Of a stretch of DNA of 64,000 nucleotides, positions 14,201 through 26,743 are shown one piece after another. Every line of letters starts with the position of its first letter. Positions within the stretch are counted from its first letter, which is position 1. The notes under the pieces were generated by a model. It was not told the origin of the DNA, did not search any database, and saw only the letters and a list, made by a program, of their open reading frames with translations. Made by a program: the position numbers and the translations under genes. The stretch is from Adineta vaga (Eukaryota; Animalia; Rotifera), in NCBI GenBank assembly GCA_021613535.1, contig CP075495.1:12710001-12774000 (forward strand). The letters run 5' to 3'.

Positions 14201-15786
14201 TAATCAATTATATGATCGACAAATGAATCCATTTTATGATATTCTTAAAGCAAATTTAACATATAGTGAAACAGAAAAACAATTGTATTTAGGTACCTAT
14301 GAAAGTAATAATATGGCAAAAGCAACAATTACTTCAACGTAAGAACAAAAATTGACTTGTATATGATTTATATCTTTAGATTATTTAGTGTGACACCATC
14401 AAGTTTTCCAGTAAGTTTTATTCGTTTTCAATCCACATCAAATCCAATCATTGATGATCAACGTCTTCGTGATTATCTTCATCGATTGTTTGATATTTGT
14501 TATCAAATCAATGGCATTTATTTCGCACATGATATCGAACTTTATTCAATAAAATTAAATGATGAGAACTATTTTTTAACAACATTTCTACAAAAAATTC
14601 TCTTTCAAAATTTCAATACTCTTCCATCATTTCGTCTTCGAATTGTTTTACGACATTTCTGTCGTTTATTTGTGGAAAATTATTGTTCATCACCGACAAT
14701 AGATAAAGATGTCATCAATGAATTATTTTTAACTTTTCTCGATATTTTCTTGCCATATATACAACAACGTTTAACACTTATGTGGAATAATTTACTAGCA
14801 ACAACATCGACAGCAACGACATATCAACAAGGTGAATGTTCCGAAGAGGTTATTGAAGAATGTGTTTGTGTTTTAATTACACGAGATTTTATTGATATTA
14901 TTCGTTATTTTATATTTAAAATAATTCCCGGACAAACAAATTCAAATTTGAATAAAAAGAAGAATAAAATATTCAATGGACGTAATAATAGTGAAAGTAT
15001 GTGTGAAGATGGAAATGGTGATTTAGATCAAATCGATGAATGGGATGAACAAGCTGCTAATAATAGTATTAGTAATAAATTATTGAACAATTCACAAGAT
15101 AAAATGGATTATAGTGATATATTTATGTATATGATGAAAATGTCTCGACAAAGTAAGTTTTATTCATTTGTTCGGGGGGGAGTATCTGTATGATATGTTT
15201 TGTTTTAGATTCGCCGTTGGCATTACGTCTGTTCAGTTATGTTATTCAAACTTTATTTGAATGTTTAACATTTCCCGATGCTTATTGTATCAATCGTTTT
15301 CTTCCGATAATTCTTCCAATAACAAAACTTTACACAGATATTATTGATAAACATATAAATTCATCTTCATTAATTGATATTAAATCATTATTTCAATGTT
15401 TATTGAAAGCACTCGAAAGACATAATGAAAATGAAGGTGTAAATACCAATTTAATCTCATTAATAGGTCATATCTATGAATTATGGTATAATCAGTATGG
15501 TCAACAATTGGATACGATTTTACATCAAACAATTCCACAATTGAATATTGAATTATTGAATACATATAAAACACGATTAGTAACAAATAGTAGTAATAAA
15601 AAACAAATACCCATTACAGAACGTGAACGCCGTGATACAATCAAAAACTTATTAAATCCACTTTTATTATCACCGGTATCATCAACTAAAAAAGAAGAAA
15701 AGAATTCAGTGAATCCATTTATAGTATAACATTTATATATCCAGAAAAGATCTTTCTAGTCGACTCAGGCAACAGTACTTCTATAA
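11262..15786 (+). CDS. XPO5: Exportin-5 (importin-beta/karyopherin family)
   Basis: IBN_N-like N-terminus (ALKFLEDLK...HYSLHLLESIIKHKWN), YIRNSLAKCLVELIKRD, LRHFCRLFVENYC, EEVIEECVCVLITRDFID; about 1200 aa across ORFs 11330-15729. Short first exon 11262-11303 splices in frame at 11372. The stop is at 15729 if unspliced, or at 15786 with a final 51-nt intron. Confidence 0.85.
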
Positions 15787-15922
15787 TCTTTCGTTTTCTT
15801 TTTCTTTTCAAACGATGATTGATTATTTTGTTTAACTTTATTTTAAACAAGAAGACGAAAAAGAAGAAGAATTGTTTTGTTTTTTGTTTTGAGATAAGTA
15901 TAAAAAACGAAGTTTTATAATA

Positions 15923-18635
15923 ATGAATCAATTATCAATGTCATTCGATGAACAACGTGATGTTAATTATCTTCAATTTGATCCAAAAACAGTAGTTAAT
16001 GATCTACAAAAAGCTATACCAGAATTAGATCTGGTTGGTCTTGTTCACAGTAGAAAATGGTAAAGAATGTCATTTTTCGAAAAGAAAATGCTTCTAAACC
16101 TTTTTCTCTAGGTGTTGTGAAATGCTTCATTGTATTACATTAGGATCTAGTACAACTGATGGTGAAAGTAATGCAGATGAAGTGGAAGATGGAATTAATT
16201 TGAATATCACTGCACGAGTAAGGCATAATTAAATAAATCTATTTCTTTCGTTTTTGAAACTAAAAGAAATCATCTCATAAGTATTCAATATAAGAAGAGA
16301 TATAAAAGAAAATGAATATATATATATTAAAATGCACGTTGCTTTTCAGGAATTAGGTACATCATCAAGTTTATATTTAATGGCTAAAAGTTATTTTGAT
16401 CTTCGTGAATATACTCGTTGTGCACATCATCTAAGAAATTGTACAAGTGGTTATGGTTTTTTTCTTCGACTTTATGCATTATATCTCGTATAATTATATT
16501 CCATTCTTTTTCTATGTATTTATTCGATTAATCATTTTTTGCTTAGGATGGTCTTAAACATCGTTGTGATGATTTTGTTGATGTATTTCGTAAGTTCGTT
16601 TGCTTTCTTCTGTACTATGAAAATGATATTTGTTTTTCATCTTATTTTTAGCCGATACAGCAAGTAATCAACGTCAAGCAACGAGTAAGTTTGTTTAATC
16701 AAATGAATAGAAAGCATTCTTACTTACTCTTGTCTTATACTATAGCAAAAGCATCACTTGATAATGCATGGTTAATACGTCTTCGTACAGAATTAACTAC
16801 TAGTGAAAAAAATCAACAATTAAATGGATATAGTTGTTATGTGTAAGTTTAGTTTGTCTCTGTTCTGAAAGATATATCTATATTCTTATTCGTTTAGATA
16901 CGCTTTAGTACTGAAACGATTAGGTTTACTTCATGAAGCATTGCCTTATTTTGTGCGTACTATAAAAGCAGTACCACATCTTTGGTCAGCATGGGAAGAT
17001 CTTGCTATGCTTATTGATAGTGAACAAAAGGTTGTTTTGTAAAAAAAAAACAATACAATTGATTGGAATTTCTTTTCTCTCTTCGTTGCATTTTAGCTTC
17101 ATAGTCTTGATTTACCAAAACATTGGATACGAAATGTTTTTTATGCTCGGTGTTATGTTGAATTACATAAGCCTGAATTATGTGTATATATTTGTAAAGA
17201 ATTAACACAAATTGGTTTTCAAAATTCGACATGTATTCTTTTATTACAAGCGAAAGCTTATGAAACAGGAGCTGGTGAATGAATAAATAGAAAATGAATA
17301 TTTTGTTATTAATGATACATTCTTTTTTAATTTTTAGAATTACAATTAGCACGAACATGCTGTGAAGAAGCTCGAACAATCGATCCATATAATCTCGATT
17401 CAATGGATATCTTTTCCAATATTCTTTTCGTTCTTGTACGTATAGAAAATGATTTCATTATCGACTTTCAGAATATATACAATCCCTATCTTTTTCTTTA
17501 AAGGAAGATTATCATGCATTGGCTGGCTTAGCACAAAAATGTATTGAAACAGAAAAATATCGCTTTGAAACATGTATTGTTGTTGGTAAGATAATTAAAA
17601 TTAGTGATTGTATCATCAAATTGATTTCTGTTTTTCAGCGAATTTCTATAGTATACGTAATGATCATGCTCGTGCTATTCAATATCTAACTCGTGCTCTA
17701 CGTATGAATCCTGATTATCCAGCTGCATGGATTCTCTTAGGTCATGAATTTGTCGAAGGAAAAAATCATGCAGCAGCTATTAATGCTTATCGAGAAGCGT
17801 TAGGTTAGGAAAACTTCTATGTAAACAATTTCTATCGATAGATTTATTTAGATCTTAATCGTAGAGATCATCGTGCTTGGTATGGTCTTGGTGAAACATA
17901 TGAAATTATCAAAATGTACAATTATGCTTTATATTATTTTAAAGAAGCTTTTGCTCTTAAGTAAATAGAATGATCTTTATTCAGATTTTGAATCATGCAT
18001 TTCTTTCTATCCCCGTATAGACCAAATGATTCACGTTATTCCAATGCACTTGGTGAAATCTATGAAAGAACTCAGAAATTACATGAAGCAAAAAAATGCT
18101 ATTGGCGTTCGTATTGTGTCGGTGATATTGAAGGCAATGCTCTGGCCAAATATGCACAGTAATGATTTGAAATTTATTGTATTTCATTTAAATGAAACAA
18201 ATTTTCTTCTTTTTTTTAGTGTTTGCGATCATTTGAAAGATGAAGAAACAGCTGCTCGAGCTTACATGGAATTTATTCGTACACAAGAATTGCGACAAGT
18301 ATAGAAGAGAAAATTATTTATCAAAAAGCACTTGTTTGATTCTAATTTAGGTCAAAAATTTTACTGAATTTTCTCATGCTGCTGAATTTCTTGCTAATTA
18401 TCATGTGAAAAAACGTCAATATGATCAAGCATGTTCATACGCTCGAAAATGTTTAGAATTTCCTGAAGTCAAAAATGCAGCTAAAGATATTTTAAATAAA
18501 ATCACTGGATTACGTGAAGGTCAGCAACAGCTTAAAGATAAAGAAATAACACAACAACAAACATCAGGACCAATACCAACAGCTCAATCAACAATCCATG
18601 AATTTGATTCATCATCGACAACAACAATTGATTAA
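15923..18635 (+). CDS. CDC23: Anaphase-promoting complex subunit 8 / CDC23 (TPR protein), many short exons
   Basis: [116 protein letters not shown]. Confidence 0.95.
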
Positions 18636-19214
18636 AAACGATGAATTTTTCTTTCAATTTTCTACATATATTTTTTTCTCTTTCTAAAGTTGAATATATT
18701 TTGTCAGATATCATTTAAAAATAAGTCTGTTTATTCGAAAGATGATTGAACGTCAATAAAAATGCTTACGTAATTTAAAATTTGATTTGTAATGAAGGTT
18801 ATCGAGTTTACCAGTAGAAGTAACATACACCTTCAATTTTACTGATTCATTTCTGTAAAATCATTGTTGTTATGATTAATTCACCTTGAAAGAAAGAAAA
18901 GCAGACAATTGCGTACGAGCTTATATTTCTCGAAAGAAATTGTTAAAAAAAAAAGACTTCGAGTACGAGAGAATTCATTCATTCTTTTTTTCTTCTGCAT
19001 TATTTTTTACGAACAAACAGAGAATAAACATCACGTGTACGAGAACAACCCAGAAGAAATAATAGGAAATCTATATAAATCAGAGAAAGAAACATTGGTA
19101 CATTACATAAAATTCTTCTACTTTTCTTTTACGTAAACTCAATCATACTTATTCAAAAGTAAGTAAGAAAATCTATGAAGAATTCAAGTCATCTATATCA
19201 TACTTTCTATCTAG

Positions 19215-19430
19215 ATGGACGGTGCTGTTAGTCAACATTATAAAGAAGCAACTGACAACAAATTGACAAGCAAAGATAAAGAAATTCTTTCTGAAACAAA
19301 ATCACCAACGAAAGATTCAGATCTACAAGCTGAAAAATTTGGTGGAGATACACCAAGTCAACAAGGTAGTGGAACAGCTACTACACTTGATAATGCTACT
19401 GGACAAACCAATCCAAATGTGATCTACTAA
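19215..19430 (+). CDS. small hydrophilic 71-aa protein (hydrophilin-like, unknown function)
   Basis: MDGAVSQHYKEATDNKLTSKDKEILSETKSPTKDSDLQAEKFGGDTPSQQGSGTATTLDNATGQTNPNVIY. A 5'UTR intron (gtaagt at 19159 to tctag at 19214) ends directly before the ATG; AATAAA near 19497. Confidence 0.7.
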   Translation: MDGAVSQHYKEATDNKLTSKDKEILSETKSPTKDSDLQAEKFGGDTPSQQGSGTATTLDNATGQTNPNVIY

Positions 19431-19513
19431 TTACAAGAAAAGAAACTCTCTTTTTTTTAATGTATGCTTTGATTTTATTTTTTTGATCCTTTGTAAAATA
19501 AAACTTGAAAATA

Positions 19514-20017
19514 TTAATGCCAAACAATTGACATCTGACTATTAGCATCATGAGTATCGAATTTCAATTGAGAATTTTGTTTTGTTGTAAAGATCAACAC
19601 CGTATATCGAGCTTCTTGAATTTCAGCGAAATATTGACCATCATCAATAGAAGATCCAAAATGTTGATTATTACCAATAATAATATGAAAAAATTCATTG
19701 GGATATTGTTTAGCAAGTTCTTTACGTAAATATGAAGAGATATCACCATATGTTTTCATCATTGTTGGAAAATTTCGACTAGTTTCAAATGCAGTATTGA
19801 CAAGACGTTCACAATCATTTCCGAACGTAACATTACTCGATGAGATAAGTACAGCACGATTGTGTTGTGTTGGTACTTGTCGATTCTGTTTTTGAGCAGA
19901 TGAGATTGACTTCTTTTTACGCTTTTGTTCGAAATGTGCGCAAGTTGCATTAGTAATAATTGTGCCTACTAACTCGAGTACTACTCGAGCAAAAATTTCA
20001 ACGACAATTTCAGCCAT
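19514..20017 (-). CDS. divergent dynein light chain LC8-fold protein, paralog A, intronless
   Basis: YGDISSYLRKELAKQYPNEFFHIIIGNNQHFGSSI...YTVLIFTT resembles LC8 [28 protein letters not shown]...AILLFK. Confidence 0.7.
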   Translation of the reverse strand: MAEIVVEIFARVVLELVGTIITNATCAHFEQKRKKKSISSAQKQNRQVPTQHNRAVLISSSNVTFGNDCERLVNTAFETSRNFPTMMKTYGDISSYLRKELAKQYPNEFFHIIIGNNQHFGSSIDDGQYFAEIQEARYTVLIFTTKQNSQLKFDTHDANSQMSIVWH

Positions 20018-20549
20018 GGCTATGTTGTTTTACTATGTATTGAGTTGAGAAGAAGAAATTAGAGAATAGATTGAATAAAAACTCTCATATCGGTCACTTA
20101 TTTTATAGGTTGATACATGGTTTATTATCTTTTATTGTTTGAATGACACATATCTGAATGACGTTATCGTCTTCTTTTTTTTAAAGTAAGTATTATGAAG
20201 CGATATTTGACCAAGTAAAATATATTGACGTGTTACAAAAAAGAATATCTTCAATCATTACTCATCTACAGCCAAGCAACCATGCGTGGGTTATCTTCAC
20301 GTCTATCAATATACTTTTACAAAACATCATTTGTTGCCAGGTAAATTTCAATTCTAACAATAACAAATTGAATTCATATCATTATTTTGCGGTGGATATC
20401 TTGTATGTATAGATATAGATGAAGATGGTTGAGTACAAAATCGATCTTACGTTGTCACTGGTACTCTCAAAATTGGCAAAGGTGTGGATTTGCGACGATT
20501 TGAAATGTCCTTCTGAAGGAAATAAGTAGCATACCTAATAAACACCAAC

Positions 20550-20790
20550 ATGTGACATGTACTCTAGTAGTGTTGTCAAGAAGGCTTATTGTTTTCTTGA
20601 TAAATTTTATTTCCCTCATCATCTAACTAGAACCATATATGAATCATAAACTAAGTTTTCGTGTCTTCATTTACATACACAATGCTCTCTACGGTAGATT
20701 GTTTTTAGAGAAAAAGGTGAGAAGAATAAACGAAATTTATGATGAAAACAATGAATCTATTCTAGAACTCTATCTGAGTACATGTCACAT
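20550..20790. repeat. 15-bp perfect inverted repeat bounding about 240 bp (MITE-like remnant)
   Basis: atgtgacatgtactc (20550-20564) and gagtacatgtcacat (20776-20790); no ORF inside and no clear target-site duplication. Confidence 0.45.
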
Positions 20791-21075
20791 ATTTGTACTT
20801 TTCTCGACTGATTCTTAGCGAATGTGTGCTTGTATTATAGATAGGAGAAATAAATCCCAACTGTTCAGGTAGTTGAACACGTCGAAAATCAGATGTGTCA
20901 CATATTTTCAACAGGGTGCAAGATGGATTAAAGCGACGCTAAAGGACAGTATTGTATAAAGAAAAATGTTTTATTCTGTTTATCAAATCGAACAAAAGAA
21001 TGTTTTAGATCTATTTTTTAAAATTTATGTTCTTTTGGACAATATCAAAAATAGAGAATACAAATATGATTGTTT

Positions 21076-21651
21076 TTATTTTTTCAATGGTTTAATTGTT
21101 AATGGTTTCCATTCCAGAATCATCTGACTGTTGGCATCGTGAATTTCTAAATTAACCTTTCGTTCTCGTCGAGTGGTAAAAATCAGTACACGATATTGTT
21201 CTTGTTCTAGTTCAGCAAAATAATCTCCATCATCAATAGCAAAACCGAATGCATTGTTTTGACCAAGAATAATATGAAAATATTCATCAGGATATTTTTT
21301 AAATAATTCTTTTCGTAAATGTTGACTTATATTTCCACAAGTACCCATTATAGATGGAAATGTTTGACTGGTTTGAAAAACAATATTAATCAATCGAAGG
21401 CATTCATTTCCAAATGCTGATGAACTTGCTTCAACAAGTATAGCACGTTCATGTTCAATCGTAGGTGAATCGGAAAGTGTTGGCGTAGCGATATCAACTA
21501 TGATATGTGGTTGTTTTTCTCGACGATTATGACGGCCTGATGATATATGAGTGTTAAGATTTTGATGTTGAGCATCAGTATTAGAACTCATCGGCACACT
21601 AGATGCTTTCGATGAAGACTGATCAAATACACCACCAAATACTTTTTTCAT
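21076..21651 (-). CDS. divergent dynein light chain LC8-fold protein, paralog B, intronless
   Basis: FGNECLRLINIVFQTS...GNISQHLRKELFKKYPDEYFHIILGQNNAFGFAIDDGDYFAELEQEQYRVLIFTT...HDANSQM; clear paralog of 19514-20017. Confidence 0.75.
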   Translation of the reverse strand: MKKVFGGVFDQSSSKASSVPMSSNTDAQHQNLNTHISSGRHNRREKQPHIIVDIATPTLSDSPTIEHERAILVEASSSAFGNECLRLINIVFQTSQTFPSIMGTCGNISQHLRKELFKKYPDEYFHIILGQNNAFGFAIDDGDYFAELEQEQYRVLIFTTRRERKVNLEIHDANSQMILEWKPLTIKPLKK

Positions 21652-22310
21652 CTATATCGATATGAGGAACTGTTGTCGAAGTTGATACTTCCGTTTTTTT
21701 TTGTGTTCTTTATACGAACTGTGTGAAAACGTTTAGATATATCATATATATAGAGACGTCATTGCATTCGTTCTACCCCTAGTAATGCTGATATCTTCTC
21801 AACATATAAAGTGTATACACCTGTCTGTTAATATGATATTTTTCTGTGTTGTTGTTTAATTCATACGTTATACGGAAAAATAAAAATATATTAAATATTT
21901 GATTTCATCGAGAAAAAATATACCGATAGACTTATAAAAATAAAAATAATAAATTAGAAATATCTACAGTCAATTATATTCAGCTTTACTTTACAAGTTC
22001 TAAAAAGATCTTAAAGAAGATATGATGTTTAAAGTTTCACAAATAATAGAATGTATTACAAATATTTATTTCTACACAGTTTCTGATTATTTATAGAAAA
22101 TATTTGTATCATCATTGATCTACACACGCACGCATAATCAGCACTTAGATGTCGCTCAGTGACAGATGCGAATATAGATCGTCAAGTCAACGAAATACCT
22201 AAAGTCCTTCTTTCTAACCTAATGGCAAATCGATCCAATCCTCATAAACAAGATCGACCGTAATATTTTTTTTAAAAACACTCCAAAGATATTTTTGTCA
22301 TTTATAAACA

Positions 22311-22888
22311 ATGACCACGTTACTAAAACTAAATCTTTCAAGAAATGTTTGGCAACAAAATTGCTATCTATCAACTAGTCCAATTGTTCACAGTTGGTTT
22401 GTTAAATTAACAAATGTAACACAAGTAAATACAGAAGCAGCCGTACCCAAACATACACGAAAACGAAATTATCCATTGAGTTGTATGAATATTTCTTTTT
22501 CTATGGAATTTCTCTGCATTTGTCTCTTAGAAAAGATGAACAACGTCAATTTCCTAAACTAATTGGACATACAAAAACATGGAATACATTTAATACATCG
22601 AATCTACGTGATGGTAAACGTAAAGCCGAAACGGTTAGTGATGATCTTTTTCTTCGTCAATTTATTTATGGTACATGGCATTCGTTATTTGTTTCTGAAC
22701 TGATTATCAAACGACGTCATAATATGATCATTCTCAGTGGACTTGTTACAAGAAATATACATCCACGTCGAATGTATTTTCTTATAGGTTATACCGAAGA
22801 AATTCTTTCTGCTTTATTAAAAACTCCTGTGAAAATGGAAATTCAGACTGTTGAAAATAAAGAGGATGTCATTTTTACCCATTGGTAG
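22311..22888 (+). CDS. MRPS24: mitochondrial ribosomal protein S24 (uS3m), 2 exons
   Basis: Basic N-terminal presequence, intron about 22483-22530, then KTWNTFNTSNL...DDLFLRQFIYGTW...LIIKRRHN...YFLIGYTEEILSALLKTPVKMEIQTV. Confidence 0.9.
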
Positions 22889-22970
22889 AGAGAATAGACA
22901 AAAGAAAAACAACGTTTTTTTTTGTTATAATAGATTTGTTTATTTCTAGATAAAACGACTTTGTTTCCCT

Positions 22971-23276
22971 CTAGGAAATCATATTCTTTAGAATTTCAAG
23001 AAAAAGAAACAAATCAATTGAACGAATGATACTCGATAAGTAAAAATGAAAATCAATTATTCGACAATAACGTAAAATTTGATACCAATCATAAAATTTC
23101 CATAGAATATCGATGGGTTTCAAACCTAGATGCCATCGAAAATGAATGTGTTCATTGGAACATTTGATCAATGTTATATAGAAGGGTTCGAGATCGATTC
23201 GAGAATTATATAAAACAGTTAAACGATAGATTATTTCGATAGATATAAAGATAATTAAATAAAATTTCCAATTCAT
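22971..23276 (-). CDS. possible 101-aa orphan protein with hydrophobic N-terminus
   Basis: Uninterrupted 306-nt ATG-initiated ORF in very AT-rich DNA, filling most of the MRPS24-UQCRFS1 gap. No homology recognised. Confidence 0.4.
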   Translation of the reverse strand: MNWKFYLIIFISIEIIYRLTVLYNSRIDLEPFYITLIKCSNEHIHFRWHLGLKPIDILWKFYDWYQILRYCRIIDFHFYLSSIIRSIDLFLFLEILKNMIS

Positions 23277-23373
23277 TATTATTTTTAATATAATATATAT
23301 ATTGCAAAAGAAAAATGCCTGACTACATCGCGCATTTCAAAGTTATCTATTTCTATTCGTTTTTCTTTCAGAT

Positions 23374-24401
23374 ATGGCCATGCAATTATGTAACAGACGT
23401 GTCACACAAGTGACTACTAATCTTGTTCGACAAGTTGCTAAACCTATACCAATGAAAGTTGAAGATGATCATCATGACGATGAACATACTCATATTGCTG
23501 TACCAAAAACACCAACACCCAAAACATTTGTTTCAATGAGTAAACAATTATTACATGGAAATGCATCCATTACAACTGGACTTACTTGTATGTTATAATG
23601 AACTTTCATTTTTCTTCTTTATACTATTATCTGTTTTTATCTAGCTACGCTTAGTGTTCGTCATGCGCATACTGATATTCAAGTACCTAATTTTGATTAT
23701 TATCGACGCAAAGCACGTTTAGATGCATCAAAATCCTATCGTGATTCGGGCGATAATACTTCACCTTATTCTTATTTAACTCCACTCGGTAAGTATTATG
23801 AAGATAATCTCTAGTTGTTAAATTTATGCAAAGCTATAAATTGAATTATTCGTTTTTTTTTTCTTTTTGTAAAGGTATGGCTATAACATCAGCTTATATG
23901 ACAAAATATATTATTCGAGATATTGCTGCTTATGTCGGTCCAGCCAAAGATGTCATGTCACTTGCGAAAGTAGAAATTAGTCTTGACGCTGTACCTGAAG
24001 GGAAAAATGCCGTATTTGAATGGCGTAATAAACCAATCTTTGTTCGTCATCGTACACCAGAAGAAATTGCTCGAGAAGAAGGTGTTAATGTTAGTCAATT
24101 ACGTGATCCACAAAATGATTCTGAACGTGTAAAAAAACCCGAATGGTTGATTGTTGTTGGTATATGTACTCATCTTGGTATGTCTTTTCTTTAAACTTTA
24201 TTTATTCAAAGTACTATATTTAATCATTGACTTTTAGGTTGTATTCCAATTGCTAATGCCGGTGATTTTGGTGGATACTATTGTCCTTGTCATGGTTCTC
24301 ATTATGATGCATCCGGACGTGTACGAAAAGGTCCTGCACCACTCAATCTTGAAGTTCCTCAATATACGTTCAAAGACGAAAGTACCGTTATCATCGGTTA
24401 G
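23374..24401 (+). CDS. UQCRFS1: cytochrome b-c1 complex Rieske iron-sulfur subunit, 4 exons
   Basis: [35 protein letters not shown], Rieske boxes CTHLGC and [19 protein letters not shown]. Confidence 0.98.
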
Positions 24402-24726
24402 AATTAAATCATACAAGAAAAGAACACTTAACAAACCCGTTCCTCGTTTTTTGTCTTAAACTTTAGTTTATTATATTCTTTTTTGCTACATATATAGAGA
24501 ACTATATTGCTGTTACTCTATTCTATCAATTTGTTTCCTATATTCACTTCAAATCAATAAGAAGAATAACAGCAACAGGATCATAGAGAATTCAAAAGAG
24601 TAAAACTAAGTAAAATCATGTATAATTTTATGTATTCTTCCTTTTTCCATTTAAGACAATATTTAAAAGGAAAAAATCGAAAAAAGAAATTCTGCGTTAT
24701 TACATTGATCTCCAATTTTAGTTTGG

Positions 24727-25138
24727 TTAACCATAGTAAAGTATACCACTTAGATTTGGTTGAAGACTAAGAACAAGTCCTTCTTGATTGGCATCATATT
24801 TCCATAAGACATGTTCATTATTTTTATTCGCTGATTGTACATAATGATTAACAGCATTATATAGATCAAGAAGTTTCGGATCATGTATAAGATCAGCAAA
24901 TTGTTTTAATTTCTGTAATTTTTCATTGGTTATCAATGCAAATTTGTCATTTGGAAGAAATGTGTCATCAGAACGTTTTAATCTTTGAACATTGTCAGTC
25001 TTTAATGGCATACCCATCGATAACTGAATATGGATAGCAAATAGAATCGTAGTGAAGAAAATAATTAGACTCTGAATTAGAAAAGGAAAATAAGAAGAAT
25101 CTTTTTCTGTTTTTCTAACGAAAAATAGGTACCTGCAT
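24727..25138 (-). CDS. small secreted prohormone/neuropeptide-like precursor (about 118 aa, 2 exons)
   Basis: ATG CAG|intron (25072-25132)|SLIIFFTTILFAIHIQLSMG (signal peptide) MPLKTDNVQRLKR-SDDTF...SGILYYG*. Confidence 0.65.
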
Positions 25139-26743
25139 TATTGATCGTAGTGAATGTAGTTGATGATGAAATAACCAAGGAAAGGAATATGTAGATAATA
25201 ACTTACTAACGGAGTATATATATATATGTATGCGTATATGTAACTGAAGAATCTAGAATTTTAATGAAAATAAGTTTCAAATTTAGGTAATTACTCATAT
25301 TTGGAAGAAATTTATGAAGTAAAAATAGATGATCCTACCTTGTTTTACTTCGAAATAATCTGGATCAAGATCGAAAAAAAATGAGTTCCAGCTATAGATG
25401 ATCATCTTAGTGTAATATGAACTGTACAAAATATGATCTTATTTTTATCAAGTAGAAAAATGACGAAGAATTAAAGTTCAACTGTAAATGTTCTTTTGCT
25501 ACCGAAGTTTCTAGATAAATATTATTGATTTTACAAAGCAAAATGAATAAGAGATAATCTCATTCGCATGTCCTGTTCTCAAACATTAACTCCATACTAT
25601 GGAAAAATGTCTAGTTTTGAGGAAAGTCATAACATATATTTTTATCGAATAATATTCAACTAAATGATGACGAGAATACTCGGCGACAACGAGTGAAAAA
25701 AGTGACAACAATTTTTTATTATCAGGACATCTATAAATGAGCTGGTTGTTTCTGACAGAAACATGTTTGGAATATTAGATGAACGAAGATTAACAAGTGG
25801 TCTCTATGAATTAAAGCGCGATAACGTATTATCAATAGTTTAATAGAAGGAAATGATCTATATGACGTGTTAGCTAGAGATTTAAAGATGAAAATCATCA
25901 GTCGTTTTTCAGCATTATTCTATACGCACGATGTCCTTCCTATGCAGTTTTCATTCTAATTATCAATATATACGTATATATGTATATAGATGAAAATCGG
26001 AATAATTAATTGTATTATTTGATTACAAAAACAATTCAATATATTTCAAAGTGTGACTGATCTTTCTTCTGCATTTATTGAAGAATCAATCGCAGAAAAG
26101 ATTGCCAACGAAAAATCACAAGCATACGAATTTAACTAGACTAATTTAATCACCGTCTGAAATATTTTCTCAGCCAACTATATGAAAGAAATGCAGATGA
26201 GCAACCATGAAAGTTCATTGAATATAGTAAAACAATGGTGAAAAAGAACGTTCATATTTATGTATCTTGAAGAACTATTTTTAAAATAAAAATAAAAAAT
26301 AGTATATTCAAAAACAAAGAAAAGGAAATGACGCAAATAACTTCGAATTTAGTTCATTTGATATTCTTTGCCTATCGGATCAGACAAAGGTGGGCATATG
26401 TTGTCGATAGGTTCTGTTAACTTGCTTTTGTTTTATTTTATGACATCAGTAGACAAAAAAAAAGATTCTTATATGAATTTTTAAACATTTCACAAAACAA
26501 AACCATTCGTTAATAACAATTTTATATGTATATATCTTTGATAATTAAGTCTTTGTTTTTCTTTGCAAACAAATTCAAGAAAAAAGGAACAATAATAGGA
26601 ACAAAACAAAAAAAAGAAGATAAAGCAGAAGAAGACAAAGAAACGAAACGCGTGTTCATATATTGCAATAGACTAGAAGTCAAATGTCTTTTTTATATAG
26701 ATATAATATATATATATATACAAATAAATGTATATGATATTTT

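Noticed and set aside
11330-18635. Apparent frameshifts or pseudogenes in the fragmented ORF track
   Set aside because: Wherever I checked, the breaks coincide with GT-AG introns of about 50-70 nt that restore the frame.
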